A DNA stretch of 64,000 nucleotides, taken from Octopus sinensis. Lineage: Eukaryota. Positions 20,924 to 33,687 of the stretch are shown here, piece by piece. The notes under the pieces are model-generated. The model did no database searches. It had not been told where the DNA came from and was given only the letters and a program-made list of their open reading frames with translations. Location: NCBI RefSeq assembly GCF_006345805.1, contig NC_043001.1, forward strand, positions 98,704,001 to 98,768,000, read 5' to 3'. Within the stretch, counting starts at the first letter, position 1; every line of letters begins with the position of its first letter. Both the position numbers and the translations under genes were made by a program.

Positions 20924-22190
20924 GAGGTGGTATCAAAATGTTCCTGGACTAGTTATCTTTAGCAAAAAAAAAACCAACTTATTTACCTAAATTTTAACAT
21001 CATCTCTTTCAAAATAGTCACCTTGCACAGCAATACACCAGTCCCAGCATTTCTGCCACTTTTGAAATCTGGCCTGGAAGTTGTTTTCCATAAGCAAATT
21101 GAGGGCCTTCTGCGATTCACTCTGGATCTTGGCAACAGTGTTAAAACAACAATCTTTGAGCTGCCTCTTCATCTTGGGGAATAGATGAAAGTCTGCATGT
21201 GATAAATCTGATCAATAGAGCAGGTGTGGAAGCAAGTGAGGAGAGTTCAGTGACAGGATGCATTGTTGTCATGAAGAATTCAAATTTTCATGCTCCAGTT
21301 GCTTTCGCATAATGTCCTCCCTCAAATGCTTCAAAACATTTTAGTAGAACTCTCAAATGACGGTCTGGCCCTGAGGGATGAATTCTTAATGCACAATACT
21401 GCAAATGTTGAAAAAAACGATGAGCATGCTCTTGATTGTGCTGTGGCTCTGTCATACCTTCTTTGGTTGTGGGGATGAAGACCTCTTCCATTGTGATGAC
21501 TGCTGATTCATTTCAAGGTCATACCCATAGACCCAACTCTCATCACCTCTGATGACCCTCAACATGAAGGATGAGTCATCAGTGGCACACTGACGGAGAT
21601 TTTGACAGACTTCACCGTGATGTTCTTTCAGCTCAGTGGTTAGCAGGTGAGGCACAAACTTAGCAGAAACACACCACATGTTCAATTGAGACGTTAGGAT
21701 TGCCTGTATGGACCCATACAACAGACCAACAACATCAGTAATAATGTTGATTGTCCTCTGACAATCCTTATGCACAAGCTGATGAATTTTCTCCACATTT
21801 CCAGGGGTGACACTTGTGGTAGGCTTTCCAGATTGCTCGTTGTCTTTCAGGGACTTTCCTCCACTTTTGAAGCACACATGCCACATAAAACATTGTGTAC
21901 GACCCATTGACTCATCACCATAAGCTTGCTGAAGCATGTTCAATGTCTCCATAGCATACTTCCCAAGTTTAAGGCAAAATTTCACGTTGGCTCTTTGTTC
22001 CAACTTCCTGTTTATGACAAAATCACAGACTACAGTATACAGAAATTTCACAACTTGTGAAGTAAACAGTAATGCCACTCAGCACACTGCCTCATGAAGA
22101 TCTCTGCTAGCTCTCACTATGCATGCAACTGCATGCTGCCATCTGTTGATATGCTACAGAACTAGTGCAGGAACTTTTTGATACCACCTC
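20924..22190 (-). mobile_element. Mariner-family transposon, degenerate
   Basis: TIRs GAGGTGGTATCAAAA / TTTTGATACCACCTC. ORF 21452-22078 reads EQRANVKFCLKLGK..AKFVPHLLT..GDESWVYGYD, and a C-terminal DFHLFPKMK is present. Confidence 0.9.
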
Positions 22191-22209
22191 ATATGTGTGT
22201 GTGTGCGTG

Positions 22210-22266
<57 letters not shown>

Positions 22267-22372
22267 CAGTCTGGTGCACCCTTCCAGCTTGCTTGCCAGC
22301 CCTAGTCAAACCATCCAACTCATGTCAGCATGGACAACAGATGTTAAATGATGATATATATATATATATATA

Positions 22373-22764
22373 CAGTGATCCCTCGACTATCATAGATAAC
22401 ACATTCCAAAGCTCCTCACGATGGGTGAAAATTCACAAAGTAGAAACAGTACTGTACTGTATATTTTTTTTAATCATTTTTATTATCTGTATGTATTTAT
22501 TTTATTATAAATGCAAAACATATTATCTTTTAATATATTTTAATTAATGTGTTATATAGTGTACTTTTATCTATTAATTTTTAGGTGTGAAAATGCTTAT
22601 TTTACCACAGAAATAATTGAAATCTAAAAATATATAAATACCTATCGACTACAGAAACCTGCAATATACTGAGAAGTCTGCAATATAAATTTACATGTAT
22701 TAGCTAGAAAAATCCACAATGTACTGATTGGGTGATAGGTGAACCATATGGTGAGCAATTACTG
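22373..22764. mobile_element. Tigger/pogo-like MITE
   Basis: TA|CAGTGATCCCTCGAC left end; degenerate right end GAGCAATTACTG; AT-rich interior. Confidence 0.5.
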
Positions 22765-22774
22765 CATATTATAA

Positions 22775-24515
22775 AAGGAGACACAAGCAGGATTGGTTCT
22801 CAGCCCCACTCTTATTTATAATAGTCCCCAGACCATAAGAGAGGAATTTAAGATTGGTTGCCCTCAGGAGCTCCTCTATGCCAAAGACCTTGTTCATATA
22901 GCTGAATCTCTTCCATAATTAGAGAAGAAATTTGAGGTGTGGAAGCAAGGTTTGGAATCAAATGGTCTTAGAGTTAATTTAGCAAAGACCAAAGTCCTAG
23001 TAAGTAGGAAAGCAAAGAAATTATTATTCTCTGCTTGATACATAGAAAAGGTGTAGGCAGAAATTCCATATGGTGTACCCTGTGCAAGCTATGGACACAA
23101 GAGATTCAGTGGAATTGCAGAAAAGTTAACAGAGAAAGCAGTTTTTGTGTGTGGCAGATATGCAGGTACAATGATCATTTAGAATGCATGGGAAATAGAT
23201 TTCCTCAAGTGTCCAGGGATGTAATAGCTTCTTAGATGTAATAGCTTCCATTACCTTGGCAACCAAGTTAGCAGTGGAGGAGGATGCTTTAAAAGTGTAG
23301 TTGCTAGAATAATAATGGGCTGGGCAAAGTTCAAAGAACTACTACCTTTATTGGTAACAAAGTGTTTCTCCTTCAGAGTGAAAGGCAGATTGTATGAAGT
23401 CTGTGTGTTGACAACTCTGCTACCTGGCAGTGAAACATGGGCTGTGACTGCAGAGAACATGTAAAGGTTTGAAAGAAATGAAGCCAGCATGCTCTACTGG
23501 ATTGCAATGTTACTGTGCATATACAACAGAGTGTAAATGTTTTAAGACAAAAATTAGGTATAAGAGGCATCAGATGCTGTATACAAGACATTTGAAGTGC
23601 TGAACTCTAATTGTGGAGGGAACCTGTGGAAGAGGTACTCCCAGGAAGATATGGAACAAAGTGATGAGAAGTGATCACATGTTGAACCTCACAAAGATGA
23701 CAAGGGAGAGAGACATTTGGAGATTTGCTGTGCTTGAGAAGACATCAAACTAAGTAAAACCATGGTCATCTATACAGCCATGCCCCACCACCCAACTCAC
23801 ACACATAATCTGTCCTCTGTCAAAACTTCCGCACCAGCTGCAGCCCCCACTCTCTCTCACATGCCTATTCGCACAGTCTCCATGACCTTACATATCTACC
23901 ATACCTCACTCCCAGCCACTCCAAATTCTCTCACCCTCTCTTGCTACAAATCACCTCTTTCCTCATCTCTAAACATTTACCCTCGCACTCTTATGGAACA
24001 TCTCCCTCTGAACCACTCATACTTTCTTCTTTTCTGTTCCCTGTGGGTTGATCCTGATGTATCTCCAACACCATCTATTTCCCTCTCTCTCACTTTGTCT
24101 GTCTCTCTATCTATCTTTCTCTCTAACTCCATCTCTCCTTCTCCTTTCTTTTCTGACTTGTGTAGCCAATCATTTCACTTATAGTAAGATACCTATCTCT
24201 ATCCCTCTTATACTCTAATGTCTCACCTGGCACAAAGCTACTTCCCTTGATATTACATACCCTCTCCTAGCTGAGAGGTGTTTGTCTTACTTACAAGTTA
24301 CTTGGTGACCCCACTGGTCTTGAGAACACATAAAAAAAACACCCAGTACACTCTGTAAAGTGGTTGGCATTAAGAAAGGCATCCAGCCATAGGAACTATG
24401 CCAAAGCAGACATTGGAGTCTGGTGCAGCAATCTGGCTTGCAGGCTCCTATTAAAACCATCCAACCCATTGCAAACATGGAAAAAGGATGTTAAATGATA
24501 TTGATGATGATGATA
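22775..24515 (+). mobile_element. RTE LINE remnant with long pyrimidine-rich 3' region
   Basis: LLYAKDLV, GWAKFKELLPLLVTK and GSETWAVTAE motifs; RTE 3' end GGTTGGCATTAAGAAAGGCATCCAGCC and (GAT)n at ~24500. Confidence 0.8.
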
Positions 24516-24794
24516 TAAACATATATATATATATTTGAGTGGGGGAATGTATGTAAAATGACAGACAAACAGACATGTACTGCTATGTAACATAGCTCAT
24601 ATTTCAGCATATATATTCTTTTTCAGCTCATGATTTGCTCCACTGCTATAACAAGTTTCTACTTCTTGCTTATGCGCATTCATCCAGGCAACAAGTCAAC
24701 TAAATGAATGTACACAAAATGAGAAACTCGAGTAATGATCAAGTTAATACCCAGCTTCAAATGAATGTGGGAGTGTTTGTGTGTATTGTGAGAT

Positions 24795-25185
24795 ATATTG
24801 CATGCACACATATTCATATACACATACAAATACACACACACACTCATATATATATACACATACATATATATATACACATACAAATATACATATATATACA
24901 TATATATACACATACAAATATACATACATATATACACACATACAAATATACATACATACACATATATATATACATACACATACAAATATACACACACATA
25001 TATATATATACAAATATACATATATATATATATATACACACACATACAAATATACATATATATATATACACACACACATAAATACACATATATGCACATA
25101 CATATATACATACAATACACATCATCATCACAGATATATATACATACACACATGCACGCATGTGTGCACACACACACACACAATC
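24795..25185. repeat. Compound (AC/AT) microsatellite
   Basis: Recurrent CATACAAATATACAC units; the source of several spurious ORFs. Confidence 0.95.
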
Positions 25186-25393
25186 TATTTGATGTATGTA
25201 AACTTTCTTAATCATGTTTAGAAGCTTGTGTGGGATTTAAAACTCAAGTTAATGAGACGATTTCATCAGTCAGTTGATTATGAAGGTTTTACCAGATGCT
25301 GTAATATGAACTTAACCTCAGTTACAGATATTATGTAAACAGTACTACATTTTGCACATAACAGTGTGCTTAGAAATGAAATGTGCCTAAATA

Positions 25394-25431
<38 letters not shown>

Positions 25432-25814
25432 TTGCTTGGCCTGAGGGAACTCATGATCAGGATTGTCAAATTGCTAATCCTCTACCGCCTTCAGTAACTT
25501 TAGGGCTTTAAGCCCTAAGAATTTCCACTGTTTCAAATTTTGGCACAAGACCAACAACTTCAGAAGAGAGGGAAGTTGATTATATCAACCCCAGTACTCA
25601 CCTGGTACTTATTTTATCAACCCTGAAAGAGATGAAAAACAGAGTGAACCTCAGCAGAATTTGAACTCAGAATGTAAAGACTGATGAAATGTTGCTAAGT
25701 GCTTTGCTTGGCATACTAACGACTCAGCCATCTCATCACTTTAATTAACATTTATATCAACCGGATGTCTTGTTACGTGTTGTACAATGTGTAATTAATA
25801 ATTATAAACATTAG

Positions 25815-26110
25815 AGTAAATGTGGTAAGAGGATCAGAAACTTGGGTTCCCAACCATGAACCATGTGGTCCAACTGTGTGACATCTTGGACAGATGTCTC
25901 TACTATAGCCCTGGGTCAATCAAAGCTTTGTGAGTGTATTGGGCAGACAGAAACTGAAAGAAGCTCATCATGTATATGAACATATATGGGGCAGGGGTTT
26001 TTATGTTTGTATTGTGTTTGTCCTCCACCACCACCACCACCACCTGACAACTGCTGTTGGTTTGTTTACATACCTGTAACTTAGCTACCAGCAAAATCTG
26101 GCCAATACCA
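25815..26110 (+). mobile_element. CORE-like SINE
   Basis: CTTGGACAGATGTCTCTACTATAGCC core, AAAGCTTTGTGAGTG, CTGTAACTTAGC. Confidence 0.65.
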
Positions 26111-26224
26111 GTTTTAAAGTACATAGAGGAGCTGACTGACAAAGTATTTGAAGGGCTGAATGAGTGAATGAATGGATGGATGGATGGCTGCTCAACATTA
26201 GCAACTTCAGAGTAAGAGCTAGAC

Positions 26225-26934
26225 CAAGGGCTCACAACTATTTTTCACCAATAGACCCCTTTGATTACTATTTTATTTTAGTGGACCCCCATAGCCATTC
26301 AATATTTAAAAACTAGTTTTATAGATACTTCTTTCAAAATTCCTATTTTGTTTCTCACACATTAACTTGTGTAGGGTCAACCATGTAAAATGTTAGAGAA
26401 AGAAGCCTAGCTGTTTCTTGCAATTTGCTCTTTTACTTGTTTCAGTCATTTGACTGTGGCCATGCTGGAGCACCGCCTTTTGTCAAGCAAATCGACCCCA
26501 GAACTTATTCTTTGTAAGCTTAGTACTTATTCTATTGGTCTCTTTTGCCCAACCACTAAGTTACGGGGACGTAAACACACCAGCATCAGTTGTCAAGCGA
26601 TGTTGGGGAGACAAACACAGACATATACACACACATACATATATACAACAGGCTTCTTTCAATTTCCGTCTACCAAATCCACTCACAAGGCTTTGGTCGG
26701 CCCGAGGCTATAGTAGAAGACACTTGCCCATGGTGCCATGCAGTGGGACTGATCCCGGAACCATGTGGTTGGTAAGCAGGCTACTTACCACACAGCCACT
26801 CCTGCGCCTATATATACCAATAGATACATTTAAAGCAAATTTTTTCTAAGACCCTTAAAATTGGATCCCCAATTTATTATTTTGTTTTATGGACCCCTTA
26901 AAAATTTTCTATGAATCCCGGTTGAGAACCACTC
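26225..26934. mobile_element. hAT (Charlie-like) MITE carrying a nested SINE (26425-26812, minus)
   Basis: Exact 8-bp TSD AGCTAGAC (26217-26224, 26935-26942) and TIR-like ends CAAGGGCTCACAAC / GTTGAGAACCACTC. The internal SINE is near-consensus. Confidence 0.8.
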
Positions 26935-27481
26935 AGCTAGACAGACCCACAGACACAAGGCCATCTGGAGAAGTACTAATTACTGCATATGACAAGAAGG
27001 GAGGAACAGACAAAAAGTTACAACATAGCAGACAAGCTGGGAGCTTCTACAAGAGAATGTGCTGTGAACAACAGACTAAATCTGTGGTTGATGCAAGGCT
27101 CCAGTATGCAAAATGACATGAGGGTGGAATAGTATGGCTGCTTTGTCTTGGGCCTTAACTTTTAATGAGGTTGTAGGGATGCTGCCTTAATAAATAGCAT
27201 TTCTTGGATATTTTTAGACCTGGCAAAACCCATCCCTGTTCAGGTCTGATCACAGCCAATTTCTTCCAGAAAGACAGACAGAAAGGCAGAAGCAAGAGAG
27301 AGAGAGAGAGAGAGAGGAGGACAAGAGCCAATACCATGTATAGAATTGGTCAACTTATCTACCCTGAAGGGATAGACAACGAAAATTGACTTTATTGATA
27401 TTTAATGTTGAACTATAAAGAGATGGAGTGAATACTGCAAGTTAATCTATCTTATACTCTAATCATCAACATTATCATTTA

Positions 27482-27618
27482 ACATTATTTACATTTGATG
27501 GATATTTGTCCTCATCTTGTTTGTTGTTAATACATTTCGGCTGATATAACCTCCAGCCTTCATCAGGTGTCTTGGGGAAATTTTGAACCTGGGTTCTCAT
27601 TCCTAAGGTATTTTTCAA

Positions 27619-27653
<35 letters not shown>

Positions 27654-27825
27654 TCACTGCCTGGAATCGAACTTAGAATCTTGGGGTTAGTAGCCCACGC
27701 TCTTAACCACTATGCTATATGCTCATGGATATATCAGCTGAAATGTTGTGTTAACAAACGAAGACAAATATCCATCAAATGTAAATAATGTACATAATTC
27801 CTCATCTCTTAAAAATAGAACTGTA
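27482..27825 (-). mobile_element. Composite of tRNA-like head, (AAT)n, hammerhead and Penelope-type terminus, with an inverted partial copy
   Basis: Minus strand: TAGCATAGTGG..GTTCGATTCC head (27655-27722), (AAT)n, then GACAC-CTGATGA-AGGCTG..CAGCC-GAAA (27526-27571). ~65-bp inverted arms lie at 27482-27547 / 27728-27791. Confidence 0.7.
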
Positions 27826-28179
27826 TTATCATTTAATGTCTACTTTTCCATGCTTGTATGAGTCAGGCAGAGTTTATTTGAGGTAGATTTTCTATAGCCA
27901 GATGCCCTTATTGTTACCAACCCTCATCTGTTTCCGAGCAAGGTAATATTTCCCTATGGGCAGACATTTTCTCACAGAATAATGGAAATGAATGACACTG
28001 CTTGTATGACAATGATGATCTTTACAACTAACACAAAATGTTAAGACAAAGAGACACAAATACACACTCACAAATAAATACATACATTTGGGATACTTGA
28101 TGATCGTTTACAACTACCACACAATATTAAGACAAGAATACACATACACACACACATATATCTGGAATACTTGACTTGT

Positions 28180-30480
28180 CTGTAGAGGGAATTCACTCCA
28201 AAAATGTTAAAATCCACAAGACACCAACATCAACTGGAAATCCCCACAGAAATAGTGATATCAACAGGCTCTACCTAGTAAGAGATGAAGGAGACAGAGG
28301 CTCAAGATCAGTGCAGACAGCTTTAAGTGTCATATTGTTTCTCAGACAGCATTTTTTAAGCAGCAGCAGCAAAAATAATTACATTAACTTAATAATAATA
28401 AGTGAAGAAAACAAGAAAACAATATCATACGTGTCAGCAGCAAGCTCCTCAGGAAGCATTCTTTCCCTGATGACTAGCATGCCTGAAAGAAGACCTGGAT
28501 GTGAAATAGTCAGCATACCACAAAAAGACTATGCATGAAGACTTGAAGAAGAGAGTAATATCAACATGAAGTGCGGCCTTTCTTGGACTCATGACCACTA
28601 TATCACATCACACTTTGAAGGCTAAGCATTTGCAATCCAAGAGCAGGAGATTGCTACAAAATACCTAATAAACAAAAGAGACAGTAAAGCCTTTGGAACT
28701 CCAAAAAGCAACTGAAAATGTAGATTACTGTAAAAACCCATGTAATTTACACACTTTTTTTGCAAAAATAAAAAATAAACTTTAGTGGGTGCGTAAATTA
28801 CATGAGTAGATCATTTTCAGAATTTTTTTTCTTGAAAAAAAATGTACAAAACATAAACATCCATACTAGAAGTTGGCTCATTTAATGTCGGAATAGGTTT
28901 TTACAGAAAAAATAACGACTTAACTATAATGAAGTTGACTTTTACTTATGCTGGACGGTATAATGCTTACTTTTTCTGAATAAATTTACTAAAACCAGTA
29001 AATGGTTAACTACCTTTGGAAGTCTGATGGTCATGCTGGTAAACACGGCCCAGGCCATATTTTACATTGTTTGGAATTTCTACCTATCACAATGGAGCAC
29101 CATTGACATACATAATGATATGGATATTCCTGACTGAAAAAAATGTAATGATATGGATAATCTTGATTGTATGTTTTTATTTTTGTCTGTTTATTACTAG
29201 GTACAGTTTTAAATTTGTACTACTGTTTATGCCAATTTCAATGTTGGCTTCATTAACATTAAAATGCCTTCTGCCAACTCTATTGCCACGTTCAAATGCA
29301 TATTCAACATATTTAATTTCTTCTTTGCAGTAAACGATAAGTTCTACCCATTCTGACAATAACAGTAATGACAAATTTTAAAGTTTGCTTGATATTTTGT
29401 AAGTGTGAAAGGGATTAAAATTTTGATACTCTGTATCATAGGTTCTGATAAGAATAGGCATAAAAGAATTGTTTACATAATCACTTTGATCGGTCACCTT
29501 CCTCTGTCGCTTGAGTAAAGTGTCATCCAAGCTGATGTTTATTGGTAATTAAACTTAATTTGCAACACCTGTGCATATTTATCAGCTTTGTTTCTGTTGG
29601 TAATTCTTATCAACAACTTTTCCTGTGATCATCGTTTGAGAAGACATACAACAGTATGCTAGAGATCAGACATAATCTCTTGTGGGCAAGAAATGTAAAA
29701 ATACAGTTTATTATAAACAACACAAACACTTTGTAAATTTAATAGCTTTCAATGAGATACCTGTTAAACAGAAATTATTTTTATTTAATGAAAATTTGAT
29801 AAAATCTAATCATAAGTGAAATTATGCTAAATACAACTAAAGTGAAAACCTTTTTCCCCTGGCTATTATTAGCAATTTTGAAAACTTTTAGGTGCAAATT
29901 TTACATGAGTAGAAGCTCTTTTTAACAAATTTTATCCTGAAAATGACCTGCGTAAATTACACATGTTAGCAAATTACATGGGTTTTTACAGTATGTCATA
30001 TTTCTGTGAAAGACATTACACATGACTAGCAGCTGCCCAAAAATGTCAAAAAGGAACTACTTCCCTATGCAATATGACATTATCACGAAAACATTATACA
30101 ATGCCATTCAGAAAAAAGGCTGTCCTGGAATAAATATAGAGAATCCTTTAGTTATTGAATACATACTCAAACATCAACACAAGGAATGCTGGTGGAATAT
30201 TCCCAACAGGCCAGATGTTGTTGTTTGGGACAGACAAGAAAATGTATGTATTGTCATGGATGTCAGCTGTCCTGTTGATGTGAATAGCTATTTGAAAATC
30301 AAAGAGAAAGAGGATAACTATGGACAACTGTTTTGAAAACTCCAGCTTACATATACAGATTATAAATTCACATTTTTACCAATAACACTTGATGCATTTG
30401 GTCCTGTGAGTACATATCTGACATTCTGGATAAGCTAGGGTTATATCAAGGATAATAAAAATCTGCAAGACCTTCTTAAG
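28180..30480 (+). mobile_element. REL-endonuclease non-LTR retrotransposon (R4/Dong-like) C-terminal remnant, interrupted at 28728-29991
   Basis: Motifs: AFAIQEQEIATKYLINKR, rejoined KCRLCH..HMTSSCP (CCHC), NRPDVVVWD..DVSCP.D.N..KEKEDNYGQL, LPITLDAFG. Confidence 0.8.
28728..29991 (-). mobile_element. Deleted pogo-family element with Brinker-type DBD remnant
   Basis: TA TSD (28726-27, 29992-93) and TIR CTGTAAAAACCCATGTAATTT. ORF 29177-29374 reads KYVEYAFERGNRVGRRHFNVNEANI (BrkDBD-like, as in POGK-type transposases). Confidence 0.8.
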
Positions 30481-30825
30481 ATTTAAAGGATGATAAAACA
30501 CAATGCTTTCCTCCACATCCTTGCTACCAAGCAGGTGGCCAGTCAAATTAAAAAAAAAAAAAAAGAGAGAGAAAACGCACACACACACATTCATACATAT
30601 TCTCTGTAACTTACTGTAAAAAAATGTTTCCTGATGACCTGTTCGGGTTAAGCATCCAAATGCACTTGGAACATCTAACACATATAAACTTTATCGACTG
30701 CACATACTCAGTGTATATGTTTGGTTGTTCACTGGTTCACTACAGTATAGCACTTGAGGTAACAAATCCCTCATAATGCTGGGTGTTAAAACAACTGAAA
30801 GTCATAGACAGGCAAGACAACTTAC

Positions 30826-30854
30826 CTCCGATTGAATGGTGGAGTGCAAATGAT
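30826..30854 (-). CDS. Candidate 29-nt exon
   Basis: ATTTCTCTTTTATCTCTCAG acceptor and GAG|GTAAGT donor; all three frames open. Confidence 0.3.
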
Positions 30855-31339
30855 CTGAGAGATAAAAGAGAAATCAATACAACATTATGATATCTATAAA
30901 GAGTATCAGTTACATAAAGGGGTCCCAGTCATGTTACATCTATTCATTCTCTTAACTAACAACTTTCATCATAGCTGTCTTTCATCTCTCTCTTCTACCA
31001 ATTTCTCACCCATTTGCATGGGAAAGAGAAGAATGAATACTCAAATACAGCATAAGAAAGAAGAGGAATATCTTTAATGTTACTAGGGACAAAGCAATCT
31101 CTCCCACATCAGTGAATGAATGAAGTAGAGAGAATTTGTTAGTTGTGTCTGCAACAAGACAACCACTCAAATGTTAGTGCCATGTTAAAATGCACCTAGT
31201 ACACTCTATAATGTGGCTGGTGATAGATAGACAGGGCATTCAACATGCGAAAAATTAATTGTACATGCAAGATATAACGGACTCAAATAGCGGTAACATA
31301 TCCAATCCATGCTAATACAGTAAAACAAATGTAAAGTCA

Positions 31340-32130
31340 TCATCATCATCAATTAACATCCATTTTTCATACTAGCATGTGTTGAATGATTTGACAGGAA
31401 CTGGCATACCAGAGCAGTACACCAAGCCCAATTGTCTGCTTTGGCATATTTTCTACAGCTGGATGGTCTTCCTAATGCCAGCTATTTTACAGTGTATTGG
31501 CTGTTTTTCACATGGTACCAGCATTGATGCTTTTAACATGGCACCAGTGCCAGCTGGTTTGCCAAGTAACTTGCAAGATAAAGATCTCACAGCTGGGAAA
31601 TGGAGTGGTACTGAGGGAGATGGCTTTGTGCCAGTTGAGAGGTTAAAGTATAATAGAGAGCTAGAGACAGGTGTCTTACTATAGAGAAGATACTTAGCTA
31701 CCCCAATAGGAAAAGAAAGGGGAGGGAAGAGAGCCGGACACGGTGGGGGGGAGTAAGAGAAAGGAAAATAGTCATGGAAATGTATTGGAGGTGGATGGAA
31801 CACCCACAATATATAGTGGGGGTAAATATAGGTGGGGGAGAGGGGAATGTTTCATAGGAGTGTGAGGGGAAATGTTTAGAAATGGGGAAGAGGTGACTGT
31901 AACAAGTGATGGTGAGAGAAATTGGAGTGGCTGGTGGGAGTCTGTAGTAGCCATGTGAGGGCATGGAGTGTGGGGGTATGCATGTGAGGGAAAGTGAAGG
32001 GGCATGCAGCAGGTGGTGGTCATGGGTGGGAGAAAGGGAGTGTTGGGAAGATGGATTGAGGGGTGACAAACTGCTTGTGGTTGTAGTAGGGTGGTGGTGG
32101 TGGTGGTGGAGGAAACATGGCCATAACAAT
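31340..32130 (-). mobile_element. RTE-derived 3' region with purine-rich segment
   Basis: (ATC)n plus AACATCCATTTTTCATACTAGCATG and CTACAGCTGGATG; homologous to 23770-24515 in the opposite orientation. Confidence 0.7.
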
Positions 32131-32433
32131 AATAAAAATAATTCTTTCTACTATAGGCACAAGAAGCCTGAAATTTGGAGGTAAGGTGCTAGTCAATTAC
32201 TTAGAACTAGTTCTTATTTTTATCAACTTTGATAGAATTAAAAACAAAGTCAACCTTAGTAGCTTTCGAACTCAAAATGTAAAACCAAAATTGCTTGGCC
32301 ATGCTATTGATCTCTAATCTTGATGTAGAGATGAATGTAGACCTCAGTCCCCACCACTGCACCCTACATTCCTGCAAACGGAAAGAAAAGTGATATATCT
32401 GGTACTAGGGAAGATCCTCAACCGCAAAATTAA

Positions 32434-32943
32434 CCCTTTTCACACTAACCCATCTAAGAGCAATTGACAATACAAAATCTCTTGAGCTAAAATGTTTATA
32501 ACTAAAGGAAAAACTTCCAGCATGATTTTACAAAAGAAACTTTTGTTAAATTGTTACAAATACTATTTTGATAATATAAAAGGTTAATTATTTTAGTAAA
32601 TCTATCAAAATTCTTGATTATTTTCAAAATTAATAAAAACACATACAGGTAGTGTGTTTCATTAGAAATATGGCATTTGAAAGGGTTAATAATTTGTTCT
32701 CTTTTCAGTAAAAAACAAAAAATGCTTAACCCTTTAGCATTTAAACTGGTCACATCCAGTCCAAACATTCTACCTGTTTTGCATTCAAACCAACCAAATT
32801 TAGCCTCTCACAGCTACCCTAAAATGTTATTCTAAAAATAAATGGTCACATCATTAAAATTTCATAGCTATGAAATAATGTATGATTAATTCAAAATAAT
32901 GTAATCATATAAGCATTACATTTGACAGAGTAATATGAAAGGG
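32434..32943. mobile_element. Two adjacent piggyBac-like MITEs (32434-32685, 32730-32943)
   Basis: Each is bounded TTAA|CCCTTT...AAAGGG|TTAA. Confidence 0.7.
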
Positions 32944-33084
32944 TTAAATAAAGTAAATTTCAGTAAAATATTCATTTGTGGTCAATGATCCAATATCAAC
33001 AGTTCCCTCTCACTCATTACTTTTCACTGTGAGTATTAATTTTAGCACAGACAGTCAATATACTACCGCTACCTCTTGCCAGCT

Positions 33085-33357
33085 GAGCTTCAACACTTTC
33101 CAAGCATGGAACAGACTGCCGGCATCGGTTGTTAGTTGTCAGAGCACTGCATCCTTCAAAACTTCCATGCTTCCTGAGATTCGCCAACACTACACCTGAT
33201 TTTCTCCCCTCCATACACACGCAAGCATGTATCTGATTCATACACTGTTCGCTTTCCAGACATTTGTACATTACTGCATATACTTTATACGCACATTTTG
33301 ACAAGTTGTGGTGCACCTGAGCACTGTATACAATAATTTCATTATTATTATTATCTT
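33085..33357 (+). mobile_element. CR1/L2-type LINE 3' end
   Basis: AWNRLPASVVSCQSTASFK motif followed by a 3'UTR ending in (ATT)n. Confidence 0.75.
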
Positions 33358-33687
33358 CACACCAAATTAGCTGAATCAAAATACCACTAAAGTCAAATTT
33401 ACTTTGCAGAGGTTAATAAAAAAAAAAAAAAAATTTAGGACTATAGATTGTCGGAACTGTGAGGAAATCAAATTGGATACCTTGCGGTATTTGTTCCAGC
33501 TTATTGCATTCTCAGTTCAAATCCTACTATGACCTACTTAGTCTGTTGCCTGGTTGAACACCCACTACCTAGGATCATGGCTATCTTTAGCATAAGCTAC
33601 TCTATTGCAAGTATTCTGACCAAGTCACTGGTTTGAGAATACTGTTTTCCCCCTCTCCCTCCCACCAGTCTTGGAGACCTTGTAAAG

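Noticed and set aside
24680-25221. Six overlapping 123-167 aa ORFs (YIYIHT/CVYI repeats); likewise at 45746-46194, 58473-58859 and 62583-62810
   Set aside because: Translations of AC/AT microsatellites, which lack stop codons by composition.
27655-27722. Functional tRNA gene
   Set aside because: The acceptor stem does not close, there is no Ser-type variable arm, and it sits inside a repeat; treated as a SINE-like head.
31698-32129. 143-aa His/Pro/Ser-rich ORF (also 23762-24184)
   Set aside because: Low-complexity reading of the RTE-associated pyrimidine-rich region.
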